From the NCBI RefSeq assembly GCF_004010195.1, contig NC_057750.1:10639316-10688762 (forward strand): a stretch of 49,447 bases of DNA, read 5' to 3'. Within the stretch, counting starts at the first letter, position 1. Every line of letters starts with the position of its first letter. Below, in pieces: positions 24,915 to 37,350 of the stretch. This DNA comes from Chiloscyllium plagiosum. Taxonomy: Eukaryota. The position numbers and the translations under genes are program-made. The notes under the pieces were generated by a model. That model was given only the letters and a program-made list of their open reading frames with translations, did not search any database and was not told the origin of the DNA.

Positions 24915-25363
24915 NNNNNNNNNNNNNNNNNNNNNNNNNNNNNNNNNNNNNNNNNNNNNNNNNNNNNNNNNNNNNNNNNNNNNNNNNNNNNNNNNNNNNN
25001 NNNNNNNNNNNNNNNNNNNNNNNNNNNNNNNNNNNNNNNNNNNNNNNNNNNNNNNNNNNNNNNNNNNNNNNNNNNNNNNNNNNNNNNNNNNNNNNNNNNN
25101 NNNNNNNNNNNNNNNNNNNNNNNNNNNNNNNNNNNNNNNNNNNNNNNNNNNNNNNNNNNNNNNNNNNNNNNNNNNNNNNNNNNNNNNNNNNNNNNNNNNN
25201 NNNNNNNNNNNNNNNNNNNNNNNNNNNNNNNNNNNNNNNNNNNNNNNNNNNNNNNNNNNNNNNNNNNNNNNNNNNNNNNNNNNNNNNNNNNNNNNNNNNN
25301 NNNNNNNNNNNNNNNNNNNNNNNNNNNNNNNNNNNNNNNNNNNNNNNNNNNNNNNNNNNNNNN
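24915..25363. other. Assembly gap (N run)
   Basis: 449 N. Confidence 1.
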
Positions 25364-25870
25364 TGTTTGTGTGTGTATCCCAGTGTCTATATGTATAGCA
25401 GTACTGTCAGTGTTTTGGATGTCACTGTTTGTGTACCAGTTTATATGAGTCAGTGTTTATTTGCATGTGTTTTGGCTTGTGTATGCCAGTGTGCATCTAT
25501 CAGTGTTGTGTGAAATAGTGTGAATCTGTGTGTCGGTGCCTGCCTGTGTGCATGTTTCAGTTTGGGTGTATGTTGTGTGTGTCTACCAGTTTATGTATAT
25601 GTGTCAGTGTGTGTGAGATTATGGGGTTATGAGGGTGTGTTTGTATGTATGTGTATGCAATTGTAAGTATATGTGTGCCTGCATTGTGTGTGTGCCTGTG
25701 GGTGTGTAATTGTGTGTGTGTGTGATTGTGTGCTTGCCTGTGCAGGTGTGCAATTGTGTGTGAGATTGTATCTGAGTCTGTGTGTGATTGTGTCTGTGTG
25801 TGTGTTTGTGTGCCTGTGCATGTGTGCATTTGTTTATTTTTTTGTCTTTTTTATGTGTGTGGGTTGTTTG
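25364..25870. repeat. Degenerate (TG)n-rich low-complexity region
   Basis: Interrupted tgtg runs. Confidence 0.85.
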
Positions 25871-26187
25871 TGTCTTGGAGGGGATGACCCCTGTTGTCCA
25901 GTTATCAGCCTGGACTGCAATTAAGATTCAACAGTCTGACGCAGACAGAATGAATCATGGCAGACAACAGGAAACCAGGCACAGTGCTGCATCATGGAGC
26001 CTGTGGCCATGCATAAGCCAGACAGTCAGAGGGTGGAATCCTTCTCTCTCAAGACAGAGGCAGACTGTTCAAGAGGAGCACGCAGGGGAATATGGGTGCA
26101 GTGTGTGGCACTCTGTTTCGGGGGAATGCCTGAAGTGGGGGTGGAGGTTAGTGCTCTCTTGCCCTGCACCATTCTAGGGAAACTGTT

Positions 26188-26655
26188 TCCTCAGATGCTG
26201 CCTGACCGGCTGTGCTTTTCCAGCACCACACTTTTCGACTCTGATGTCCAGCATCTGCAGTCCTCACTTTCTCCCAGTGATCCATGTCAGATCCATGCTC
26301 ATGGATAACTTCAATTTAAAACTCCAGTTGCCTGGATGAATGTAGCTGAGGGTGGTTCCCTGAACAGACTAGGAGAAAGTGAGGTCTGCAGATGCATGGA
26401 GATCAGAGTCGAGACTGTGTTGCTGGAAAAGCACAGCAGGTCAGGCAGCATCCGAGGAGCAGGAGAATCGACGTTTCGGGCCAGAGCCCTTCATCAGGAA
26501 TGAGGATGGGAGCCTCAGGGATAGAGGGGTAAATGGGAGGGGGTTGAGGCTGGGGAGAAGGTAGCTAAGAGTGCAATAGTGGATGGAGCTGGGGGTAAAG
26601 GTGATAGGTCAGAGAGGAGGGTGGAGTGGATAGGTGGGAAGGAAGATTGAACAGA
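26188..26655. mobile_element. Two Penelope-like terminal-repeat fragments, tail to tail (26188-26275 plus; 26372-26655 minus)
   Basis: gatgctgcctgacc...gtgcttttccagca...gactctgat.tcca..catctgcag.cctcactttctcc on both strands. Confidence 0.65.
26466..26501 (-). ncRNA. Minimal type-I hammerhead ribozyme motif, core intact
   Basis: Minus strand: attc-CTGATGA-A-GGGC-tctg-GCCC-GAAA-C-GTC-gatt. Confidence 0.7.
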
Positions 26656-27368
26656 CTGTCAAAGTCATTTGGCAGAATGCCTCATCACCAGAACTTTCCA
26701 ACAAGCAGACATCGCTTGGCCGGTGGTGAGACCTGTGAGATCCTTTGTGTACGCCCAGTTGGTCTGCACCACTGCACACTGCCCTTGAAGCAGATACAGG
26801 GAGGTTGGAATGTGCCTTTACAAAGGAAATCTGGAGAGAGATGCAGTGGTTTTTGTTGAGATTTCTCTCTAGCAGATGCAGGACTCTGTGTTCTATGGTC
26901 TGTTCCCAGGATGTACACTGAGACCAACATCGACTGCGCTTCAAGGATCATCAACTCCGTGAAAGACATTTATTGGTCTTCCCAAACCATGTTGGTCTTC
27001 CATAAGAAGGAGTTGACCTTGACCAAGTGTTGCAAACTGGCACATTCCAAGGTCCAGGACTATGTGCTGAGGGACCCACTAAAGCCTGGGGCAGCTGCCA
27101 CCATGGCATAGTGGAGAAAGACCACAGTCTGAGGTCTTCCAGTTGAAAGTAAATGGGGGTCCATTCAGTTATTGGACCCTCCTAGTGCCTCAATGTGTGT
27201 AAATATAGTATTGTATGTATAAGAGCATTCTTTGTTTTTTTTGGATAGAGTCAAACTCCAATGTTTGTTTGTTTCTTTGATATGCGACTGTCCAGAACAG
27301 AGCTGCATAGACTTTGTTGATATACAAAAATATTTTTTATGAATAAAGTATATTTTTGAACTAAAAAA
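26656..27368 (+). mobile_element. Tx1/L1-clade LINE 3' fragment
   Basis: TVKVIWQNASSPELSNK...WREMQWFL...YGLFPG...IINSVKD...LAHSKVQDYVLRD (frameshifted), followed by a 3' UTR with AATAAA and an A-rich end. Confidence 0.75.
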
Positions 27369-27539
27369 TGATGAGTGCAGCTCCAACAACACTCAAGAAG
27401 TTTTGTGGGTGTCCCTATGCCAAACAGACTGCAGCAGTTCAAGAAGGTAGCTCACCATCTCCTTCTCAAGGGTAATTAGGAACAGGGATAAATTCTGGTC
27501 TAGCCAATGATGCCCACATCACACAAATTAAAAAATCCC

Positions 27540-27866
27540 TCTATGACCCCCTCCTTCCCTATCTTTGCAAAATCCAGCCTGTCAAACCTCTGACATCTTA
27601 GTGCTCATTTCAGCTCAATGGAACATCCCCAATCACTCCACCATTAGTGGCCATTCCACCTGGGACCTTAAACTTTAGAAGTCTGCCCCAAAACCTCTTA
27701 GTCTCCCCCTTTAAAACATTCCTTGAGACCTGCCCCTTTGACAAAGCTTTATTTCATCCAACATGATATCTCCTTACGTGGCTAAGTGTCAAATTTTGTT
27801 TGACTCGTGCTTCTGGGAAGCACCTTGGTGTGTTCCGGTGCAGCATAAATGCGAGTTGTTGTTGTT
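27540..27866 (+). mobile_element. L2-clade LINE 3' end
   Basis: Degenerate SLPQ...FKTFLETCPFDKA and tail ataaatgcgagttgttgttgtt. Confidence 0.55.
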
Positions 27867-28002
27867 CCATGCTGACCATGTGGCCTAAAAGAGTCAGTGG
27901 TGATGGCAACAGCCTTAGACAATGCTGCTTCTACCTTGGTTTGAGGCCCAGGTTCAGTGTATAGACAGTTATAGGCCTCCTTCTTCAACAGAAAGACCTG
28001 AA

Positions 28003-28557
28003 GTTTGTGAGAAGATTTGTAGTTCGGGTGCTCGTTGTTGTGGTTCTGTTCGCCAAGCTGGGAATTTGTGTTGCAGACGTTTTGTCCCCTGTCTAGGTGA
28101 CATCCTCAGTGCTTGGGAGCCTCCTGTGAAGCGCTTCTGTGATCTTTCCTCCGGCATTTGTAGTGGTTTGAATCTGCCGCTTCCGGTTGTCAGTTCCAGC
28201 TGTCCACTGCAGTGGTCGGTATACTGGGTCCAGGTCGATGTGCTTATTGATTGAATCTGTGGATGAGTGCCATGCCTCTAGGAATTCCCTGGCTGTTTGG
28301 CTTGTCCTATAATAGTAGTGTGGCACTCACTCACAGATTCAATCAATAAGCACATCGACCTGTACCCAGTATACCAACCACTGCAGCGGACAGCTGGAAC
28401 TGACAACCAGAAGCGGCAGATTCAAACCACTACAAATGTCGGAGGAAAGATCACAGAAGCGCTTCAAAGGAGGCTCCCAAGCATTGAAGATGTCACCTAG
28501 ACAGGGGACGAAACGTCTGCAACACAAATTCCCAACTTGGTGAACAGAACCACAACA
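28003..28557. mobile_element. Penelope-like element: GIY-YIG C-terminus and terminal repeat (minus) plus an inverted copy (plus)
   Basis: AREFLEAWHSSTDSINKHIDLDPVY matches the Penelope GIY-YIG C-terminus. 238-bp inverted arms at 28035-28272 and 28321-28558; flanking agaaagacc(t/c)gaa duplication at 27990-28002 and 28558-28570. Confidence 0.85.
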
Positions 28558-29332
28558 AGAAAGACCCGAATCCTAACCTCAGCCTTGGATCCTGAGTAAA
28601 ACTGCGCCACTGGAGACTCATTGGGTCTCTGCTTTCCCACTCACCTCACTGGCTCCCTCCTTCTCCCAGTTTCAGTTATGTCCACATCTCAGATTAACAA
28701 TTTAAAAAATTAATATAAGTAACAATGTGATAATGACCAGATGCGTATTCAGTGACGGATAGAAATAGAAGGCCAACAGTGTCCTTTGAAGTGTAATAAC
28801 TATCAAGGCTATGGGCCTACTGTGGGAAAGTGGATTTAGTGTAGGTAATAGTGTATTTTTGACAGTACAGGCTTCATGGGTTGAAGGGCCTCTTTGGTAC
28901 TGCATGATCCTATGATTCTAAGCTACATATATTTCAATTTGGGTATATGAACCTGAAAATGGAAAATTGAAATATTATTTTGTTTTACAACTTAAGGAAA
29001 CATGGTACCTCATGGTGTTCTTTTGTTAAAGCTAGATTTGATACTTTTAAATTGGCAAAGAGTGGTTTTGGAAAAAAAAATAACTGCCTAGCAACAAGAT
29101 TTTGACTAGTTATCAGTGTCAATTTGTCACTGAACTGAGAGAAGACAGATCAATTTGGAACACTGACCTCCAAAAAGCCTGCAGCAAGTGAAATTGCTCT
29201 CTCTCACCTTCTAATTGAAAAAGAAATCACACTCAAAGACTTTGCAAACTGAAAGTAAACTTCTAACTTAAGCCAATACCAAGGACCAACTGACCGACTA
29301 AACTGTTCTCCTCTCAAGTTCATATTACATTC

Positions 29333-30690
29333 TAGAGTCATAAAGATATACAGCGCAGAAATAGACCATTTGGTCCAACTCCTCCATGCTAACCAGATAT
29401 CAACCAAATTAATCTAGTCCCATTTGCCAGCATTTGGCCCAATCCTTCCAAACATTTCCTATTCATATACCCATCCAGATGCTTTTTAAATGTTATAATT
29501 GTACTAGCCTCCACCACTTCCTCTGACAGCTCGTTCCATACATGCACCACCCTCTGCGTGAAAACATTGCCCCTTAGATGCCTTTTAAAATTTTCCCCTC
29601 TCACGTTAAACCGATGCCCTCCAGTTTTGAGCTACCCTACCCTGGGAAAAGGATCTTGGCTATTCACCCTATCCATACCCCTCACAGAGTCATTCAGATG
29701 TACAGCACGGAAACAGACCCTTTGGTCCAACCCGTCCATGCTGACCAGATATCCCAATCTAATCGAGTCCCATTTGCCAGCACTTGGCCCATATCCCTCC
29801 AAACCCTTCCTATTCATATACCTATCCAAATGCCTTTTAAATGTGGTAATTGTACTAGCCTCCACCACTTCCTTTAGCAGCTCATTCCATACACGCACCA
29901 CCCTCTGCGCGAAAAAGTTGCCCGTTAGGTGTCTTTTATATCTTTCCTCTCTCACCCTAAACCTATACCCTATAGTTCTGGACTCCCCCTCCGGAGGGAA
30001 AAGATCCTATCTATTTACTCTAACCATGCCCCTCATGATTGTATAGGGTCACCCCTCAGCCTCTGTCACTCCAGGGAAAACAGCCCCAGCCTATTCAGCC
30101 TCTCCCTATAGCTCAACCCCTCCAACCCTGGCAACATCCTTGTAAATCTTTTCTGAACCTTTTCCAGTTTCACAACATCCTTCTGAAAGGAGGAAGACCA
30201 GAATTGCACACAGTTTTCCAAAAGTGGCCCAACCAATGTCCAGTACAGCCACAACATGACCTCCCAACTCCTATACTCCATGTTCTGACCAATAAAGGAA
30301 AGCATACCAAATGCCTTCTTCACTGTCCTATCTACCTGTGGCTCCACTTTCAAGGAACTATGAACCTGCAAACCAAGGTCTCTTTGTTCACCAACACTCC
30401 CCAGAATCTTACCATTAAGTGTATAAGTCCTGCCCTGATTTGTCTTTCCAAAATGCAGCACCTCATATTTATCTAAAGTAAAGTCCGTCTGCCCATTGGC
30501 CCATTCATGATTTTATAAACCTCTATAAGGTCACCCCTGATTCTCTGACGCTCCAAGGAAAATAGCCCCAGCCAACTCAGCCTCTCTCTATAGCTCAAAA
30601 ACCTCCAACTCTGGCAAAACATCCTTGGAAATCTCTTCTGTACCCTCTCACGTTTCACAACATCCTTCCAAAGCAGGGAAACCAGAATTG
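29333..30690 (-). mobile_element. Three adjacent co-oriented CR1 3' fragments (29333-29682, 29683-30495, 30500-30690)
   Basis: LHFGKTNQGRTYTLNG...LENCVQFWS...; FTQRVVHVWNEL...FKKHLD occurs twice. Confidence 0.9.
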
Positions 30691-30956
30691 ATCCTCATTG
30701 GTGCTTAAAACAATCCTCGAAAGTAACTATTTCAAAACATTACATCCTTATCTCCCTCCCCTTTCTCCCATTATGAATATTTTAACATTGTATTTATGAA
30801 TACTTTAAGCACTACTTCATTTCCCCAAGTGTCTGACAAGATTACATGGTCTGCAAGGTTCACTGTTCTCCCAGACTGTGTCCTTCAGACTTGAAAGATT
30901 AGCAGATCTTTGGGTTAAAGACTTGACTTTGATTCTGTTCCTGACGGTGTGAGGTT

Positions 30957-31273
30957 TAAGATTAGATTCCATACAGTATGGAAACAGGCCCTTCAGCCCA
31001 AATAGTCCACACCGACCCTCCGAAGAGTAACCCACCCAGACCCATTTCCCTCTGACTAATGCACCTAACACTATGGGCAATTTAGCATGACCAATTCACC
31101 TGGCCTGTGCATCTTTAGACTGTGGGAGGAAACCAGAGCCACCCGCAGGAAACTCACACAGACACAGGGAGAATGTGTAAACTCCACACAGACAGTCACC
31201 TGAGGCTGGAATCAAACCTGGGACCCTGGTGCTGTGAGGCAGCACTGCTAACCACTGAGCCACCATACTGCCC
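30957..31273 (-). mobile_element. HE1-like V-SINE
   Basis: A/B boxes, V-domain and CR1-type tail. Confidence 0.9.
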
Positions 31274-32079
31274 TGCTTAAATTGAAGGACCTTTCATCTC
31301 TTGTAATTCCTCAGTGGAGGACAGTTGTTCTGATGAAACTGGCATTTCTTGTTTTTCGCAGTATCCTGGATCTCTGGACCAGGCAATTTTCTCCTTTTGA
31401 TCCTGTCCTGATTTGTCAGCATTGGCTATCCCCTCTCAGTGGGGGCTATGCGCCATTAGGATTGTGACAGATATTCATCAGAATGCCAGGGATAACGTTG
31501 TAAGATCAATCCTCACCACGTTATATGAACTCTCTGGTGTGTGTCTTCTCATCTGCTGGGAACTTTCTGCTGAACTCTTTAGGCTCTTTATTTCCACTTG
31601 TTGTTTTAATTCACCTTTGGTGACAATTCTCATGTTTGTCATTCTTGACACTAGCTTTCAATTCTGGATTTTAATCAATTGAAATTAAATTCCACCAGAT
31701 GTTGTGATGAGTTTTGAACCTACATCCCTTAACTATTAGCCTAGGCCTCTGGATTACTAGCCCAGTTGTTCGATTACTATGCTACTATGTTAGCATCTCC
31801 CCAACTGCCAGGCGATCTTTCTCATCCAGCTGAACAGATTTGATTTGATTTTGATTTTATTGTCACATGTACTCAAGTACAGGAGTACAGTGAAAAATGT
31901 ATAATGTTGGCACACAAGGCACCTTAGGTACAAATAGCTAGGTACAGAATCTTAAGAACAAAGTAGAAAGAACAAAATTAAAAGTTAAACATTGTAGTAA
32001 TTATTGTAGTTAAACATTGTAGTAACAAACATCCAAAATAAGATTAAAAGTTACACATTGCAGACCTTCTTAGTTTTAA

Positions 32080-32275
32080 TTTGGAGATGCTGGTGTTGAA
32101 CTGGGGTAGACAAAGTCAAAAGTCAATGACAGCAAGTTATAATCCAACAGATTTATTTAAAATCACAAGCTTTTGAAGCACTGCTCCTTTGTCAGGTGAA
32201 GGAGCAGTGCTGTGAAAGCTTGTGATTTTAAATAAACCTGTTGGACTATAATCTGGCATCATGTGACTTCTGACT
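32080..32275. mobile_element. Inverted pair of third-family hammerhead/Penelope-like repeats
   Basis: Minus arm ~32080-32198, plus arm ~32197-32275; flanked by ttctt(a/t)gttttaa (32067-32079, 32276-32288). Confidence 0.65.
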
Positions 32276-33513
32276 TTCTTTGTTTTAAGTAGAAAACGAA
32301 GAAATAAAGCTGAAAGTGCAAACATTATGTGCTTAGCCGCTGCACTTCGAGGAATCACCTCAAGGCTGGAATGCCATGCTGAGGCCACACTGAGTTGAAA
32401 TACCACCACGTACAACTGAAAGGGTACCACACCAGGCTGATACACCGCCATGTTGAGCCACTTTAACATGTCATCTGAGATGTTGCATCTCCGACAGTGC
32501 AGCACTCCCTCAGTAACTCTGCTGTGGTGTCATCCTTGATTTGAACACGTTCTGGAAACAGGGCTCAGATTGACTGTGCTATCAACTACAGCAGTAATCC
32601 AAAGTCCCTTAAATTCTGCGGACATGGGTTTGAATCCCATCATGGCAGATGATGAAATTTGGCTTCAATTTAAATAAAAACCTGGAATTAAAAGCTAGCC
32701 AATGGTGACAATGTGTTGATTGTTGTTAAAATTCCATCTGGTTCACTCAGGCCTTTTAGGAAGGGAAATCTGCTGTCCTTATCTTGTCTGGCCTATATGT
32801 GACTCCAGACCCACTGCCCTCTGAAATGACCAAGTGAGCCACTCATTTGAATGAAATATAAAAAAGTCTATGGCCTGTGCATTTCAAGAAGACAGCTCAT
32901 CACCACCTTCTCCAAAATAACTAGGGATGTGCAATAAATGCTGTCCTTTACAGTGACACCCACATTAAGTACCGCTGACACTCTCCAGATCTCAACACTG
33001 GTCTCCCTCCACTTACAGCCCCACAGACTTGCTCCTCCAAAAACAGGAAGAAACCCTCATTTAAATCAGGCAAAAGGAATAGAGCAACACTAACAAACAG
33101 CTGTCATCAGGATGCAACAATTTTCCTGAGATAGTCATTTAGTCCCAAAAGACCCTGTAGGAGCACATGAAATCTAATAGAGAGGCATTCAGATGGGTGA
33201 TCAAAATGGAATCGGTTTTAAAGATAGTCTTAGGGATAGGGTAGATAAGGGAGGAAATTCCAGAGGTTGGGGCTTGGCGGATTTTGGAAAGGTGAAAACT
33301 GCCCAATTCTTAAAAGCTAAATTGTTTAATCAGAAGTCAAAAAGGGCAGACCATCAAGGACCCTGTGGAGAGTGGAGGGTTGTGGGGATGGGTGAAGAGG
33401 TGAACTCTTTCACCTGTCTGTGCAGGTGGTGCTTGCTGGGGTGAACTTTGGTCGAGGTGAGGGGGTTGCACACATGACCAATCAGGTACTTAGGACAGCT
33501 TAACTTTATGGAA

Positions 33514-33753
33514 TGTAATGAAATAACACCACAGAGTCCAGTATCCCGTCACCAAGTTACCCTTTATTTACACGTGCATAATACTTGACACTGGTTCGGC
33601 TTCCTTAGAGACAACTCTCAGAGTGATCGAACTCTTGACATTCCTGTTTATATCTGTCAGCCGGAGCTCCCTAATTGGACCAGATTAACAGCCCCAATCA
33701 GGGAACTCACATTATATAAGGTCTACCTGGCTAACCTCGTTACAATCATTACA
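33514..33753 (-). mobile_element. Solo-LTR-like element (240 bp)
   Basis: TG...CA ends with an 8-bp terminal inverted repeat (tgtaatga/tcattaca). On the minus strand CCAAT, ATATAAA and AATAAA occur in LTR order. No clean adjacent TSD. Confidence 0.6.
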
Positions 33754-33765
33754 TTATGTTTACCA

Positions 33766-33870
33766 CCAATGAAGTGCTTTTCGAGGTACAATCACAATGC
33801 AGTAAAGTGGCATCCAATTTGCATGCAGCGAGTTCCCACAAACACCAATGTGATTAATGAATCTGTTTGC
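33766..33870 (-). mobile_element. Deu-SINE 3' fragment
   Basis: Reverse complement aaacagatt...atcacattggtgtttgtgggaactcgctg...caaattgg...cacttcattgg resembles 12420-12510. Confidence 0.5.
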
Positions 33871-35190
33871 AGCAATGTTAAGGGTATGGGGCACTGCATA
33901 AAAGCAAGTTGTTGTTGTCACCAAGAAGCAGGAGAGAGGACTGAGAGGGGCATCCCCACATCTGGAGAATTGTTAAGAAGATTTCAGGATGAAGACGTTG
34001 CAGATCTTTCATCTGTATTTAGTAACCTCCTGTTGAAGGTCAAAGTGTTGACATTGAGTGTGCAATTATTTTGTTTTGTCTTAGGACCACTCAGCATGGC
34101 TGAGACTGACATCATTCAAGTCTCCCTCTCCAGGACAAAACACTCACCTGAATTCTAACTCAATCCAGGGTAGAGGGATGGTTCAGGATGCTACATGATA
34201 GCACAGTGTGGATGCCATTCTCAGGATCCAGCATCAGTCATGTTCTGAGAGGACAATATTTATTGACTTAATAAAGCATTATATCCACATTAGAGTACAC
34301 ACAAGGGCCATTTGGCCTATCTGGCTTATGCAAGCATTTAGGCTTCCCCCATGTGTGTGGGGAGAAGTGGTGCTGTGGTAATGTCACTGGTCAATTAATC
34401 CAGAGGTTTAAGCTAATGCTTTGGGGAAACAGGTTCAAAGCCGACAACCATGGTAGAGCTTTGATTCAACGAGTAAAAGTATGGAATATAACGCTCTTTC
34501 CGGGAATGGTGACTGTGCCAACTGTCACCAATTGTTGTAAAACCCCATCTGGTTTGCTAATATCCTTGAGGGAAGGAGGTCTGCTATCCTTACTAGCCTG
34601 GTCTACACATGACTCCAGACTTCACCATAACTGCCCTCTAAAATGGCTGAGCAAGCCACTTTGTTTGATGGCAGTTGGGATGGGCAGCAAATACTGGCCT
34701 TGCCCAAATCCCAATGGAAGAATAATTTTCAAAGCAAGTCATCCCTCCTTCTCAATGATTCCATTTTCTCTTGTGTTTAACTGGCTTCTCTTCAAAATAT
34801 TACTACTATTTTCTTCAACCACACTTGAGGTATAGCATTCCACATTCTAACCACTCTCTGAGTAAACTCTAAATTCCTTGTTGGACTTATTAATGATGAA
34901 CTTATATTTACGACTTCTGGTTCTGGCCTCTCCCACAAGAGAAAACATCTTTGTTACATCTAACTTAACGAACCCTTGCACAATCCTAAAGACCTCAAAC
35001 TCTTCATGTCCTCTCTGGAGAAAGTAATGTTTCCCAGTTCTGGTATTAGAACTAGTAATAAGGTTCTGAATGTAACATTTTCATTATCAAACATTAACCA
35101 GTCCCCTGTAATGTTGCACAGAAAGATTCTAAACAACATGTGGTCTTCAGGTGGGGAAGAGTTTAAGGTGAAGATTAATCGAACCAGGGT

Positions 35191-35412
35191 ATTAGATTAG
35201 ATTACTTACAGTGTGGAAACAGGTCCTTCGGCCCAACAAGTCCACACCGACCCGCAACCGACCCATTCCCCCTTTACCTAACACTACGGGCAATTTAGCA
35301 TGGCAAATTCACCTGAATGTGCAAACTCCACACAGTCAGTCGCCTGAGTCGGGAATTGAACCCGGGTGCTCTGGTGCTGTGAGGCAGCAGTGCTAACCAC
35401 TGTGCCACCGTG
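35191..35412 (-). mobile_element. Young HE1-like SINE with an internal V-domain deletion
   Basis: Same subfamily as 24438-24801; deletion junction attcacctg|aatgtgcaaac. Confidence 0.85.
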
Positions 35413-35606
35413 TGTATGCAGATGTCATTCAGTGCTTCTTTTAAAGTTGAGCTTTTTGTTCTCTATTTTTTTAAATCTAAGACTCTGATTTAACATAATA
35501 GTTTGTAGTCAAAGATCAGAACACAAGCAGTGAGATGGAGCTTATTACAACATTGCAGTTTCATCCAAGGTGCTATAGACTTGAGATGCTGTAGCTCCAG
35601 CAATGG

Positions 35607-35957
35607 TAGAATCATAGAATCCTGACAGTGTGGAAGTAGGCCATTCAGCCCAACAAGTCCACCCCTCTCTGAACAGCATCTCATCCAGACCCACCCCCTA
35701 CCTTATTACCTGCATTCCCTACGGCTAATCTACCTAGCCTGCACATCCCTGGATATTACAGGGTAATTTACCATGGCCAATCCACCCAATCTACACATCT
35801 TTGGACTGTGGATGGAAACCAGAGTACCCAGAGGAAACCCGCACAGACACAGGGAGAACATGTAAACTCCACACAGACAGTCACCAAAGGCAGACTCGGC
35901 CAGGTCCCTGGCGCTATGAGACAGCAGTGCTAACCACTGAGCCAATGTGCCACCCCA
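35607..35957 (-). mobile_element. HE1-like V-SINE
   Basis: A box, V-domain and tail (B box damaged). Confidence 0.85.
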
Positions 35958-36879
35958 TAGAAGGCTACAAGTGCAATATGAGGGTTTATATAGATATTAC
36001 AAACATATGAGAAATGATCAGCTGTAGACCATTCGGCCCCTCAAGCCTGATCCGTTATTCAATAAAGTCAAGGCTGATGTCTTTGCATTTCAAATTCCAC
36101 ATCCCTACCCGAGTGCTTTTGAATCCATTGCCTCACAAAAATTGATCTACCTCCACCTTTAGAATATTCAATGATCCAACCTCCAGCACCTTCTGGAGCA
36201 GTGGATCCAAAGGGATGCCAATCCTCTGAGAAAAAGAGATTCCCCTCACCTTGTTCATTAAAGGGCGTCACCTCATTTTGAAACAGCGCCCCCTAACTCT
36301 GCTGGAGGTGACTGCGGGAAATACCATGCCTCAAAGCGATTGCAGAGCTGTTGTGGAGAGAGAGGTAAGTGACAGCAGGGTGAGCAGGGGTTCTCATGAA
36401 AGGGGAACTGTGGAGCATGGTAGCAGTAAGGGCAGAAGGGTGACATTCAACTCTTACGTACATCCCGCCATTTGCCTTTGCAAATCCCTGTGTTGGGTCC
36501 CTCAAAAAGGCATTTCTTTGAATGAGGGTAGCCGCTTCCCATATCTCGGAATTAGAATTAGGTTTTATTGTCACATTTATTCAAGTACAGGGATACAGGA
36601 GCACAGTGAAAAGTGTACAAAGTTGCCATTCCTGATGCCATCTTAGGTACGAAGTAGAAGAAAAATAAATAAAGTTGAACATTTGACATACAGTCCTTAT
36701 AAATAGAAAAGTAAAGAAATAAAGTTACAAGTTCACCATTAAAGTCCTTCTGAAGTGCTTAGCCATGCCGACCTTGCAATCCCCACAAGGGCTTGAACAC
36801 CGGTGGGCTCCTCTACCATAACGGGCTTGCTGTCCCTGCACTGGCTCGATCTCCCCCATGATTGACATCGCCGCAGATG

Positions 36880-37350
36880 CTGGGAGACGTTTATCTGCCT
36901 GCTCTCCTAACCTCCCATGCCCCAGCTCACCTGCTCTTCCCCTGTCCTCAGCCTGCCTGTTCTCTCCCACCATCTTGGCCTGCCTACTCTCCCTCCCACT
37001 GCAACCTGCCTGCTCTCTCCCCCCATCACCAGAGCCTGCCTGTTCTCTCAACACCACCTCGGCCTGCCTGCTCTACCCCCCCCCGGCCTTGTCCTGCCTG
37101 CTCTCCTCATCACCCCCTGGCCTTGGCCTGCCTGCTCTCCCCCTNNNNNNNNNNNNNNNNNNNNNNNNNNNNNNNNNNNNNNNNNNNNNNNNNNNNNNNN
37201 NNNNNNNNNNNNNNNNNNNNNNNNNNNNNNNNTGGCCTTGTCCTGCCTGCTCTCCCTTTCACCTCAGCCTTGGCCTGCCTGCTCTCCCCCCCAACCCCCC
37301 TGGCCTTAGCCTGCCTGCTCTCCCCCTCACCTCGGCCTGCCTACTCTTGC
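36880..37350. repeat. C-rich degenerate minisatellite (ggcctgcctgctctcccc), spanning an 88-N gap at 37145-37232
   Basis: Repeated cctgcctgctctcc motif at ~20-28 bp spacing. Confidence 0.85.

Noticed and set aside
24714..25513. Long ORFs of 219-244 aa
   Set aside because: Artefacts of translating through the N gap.
28076..28517. Trans-complementation between the two defective hammerheads
   Set aside because: They lie on opposite strands, and each lesion is in that copy's own catalytic segment, so dimer strand exchange would not restore a core.
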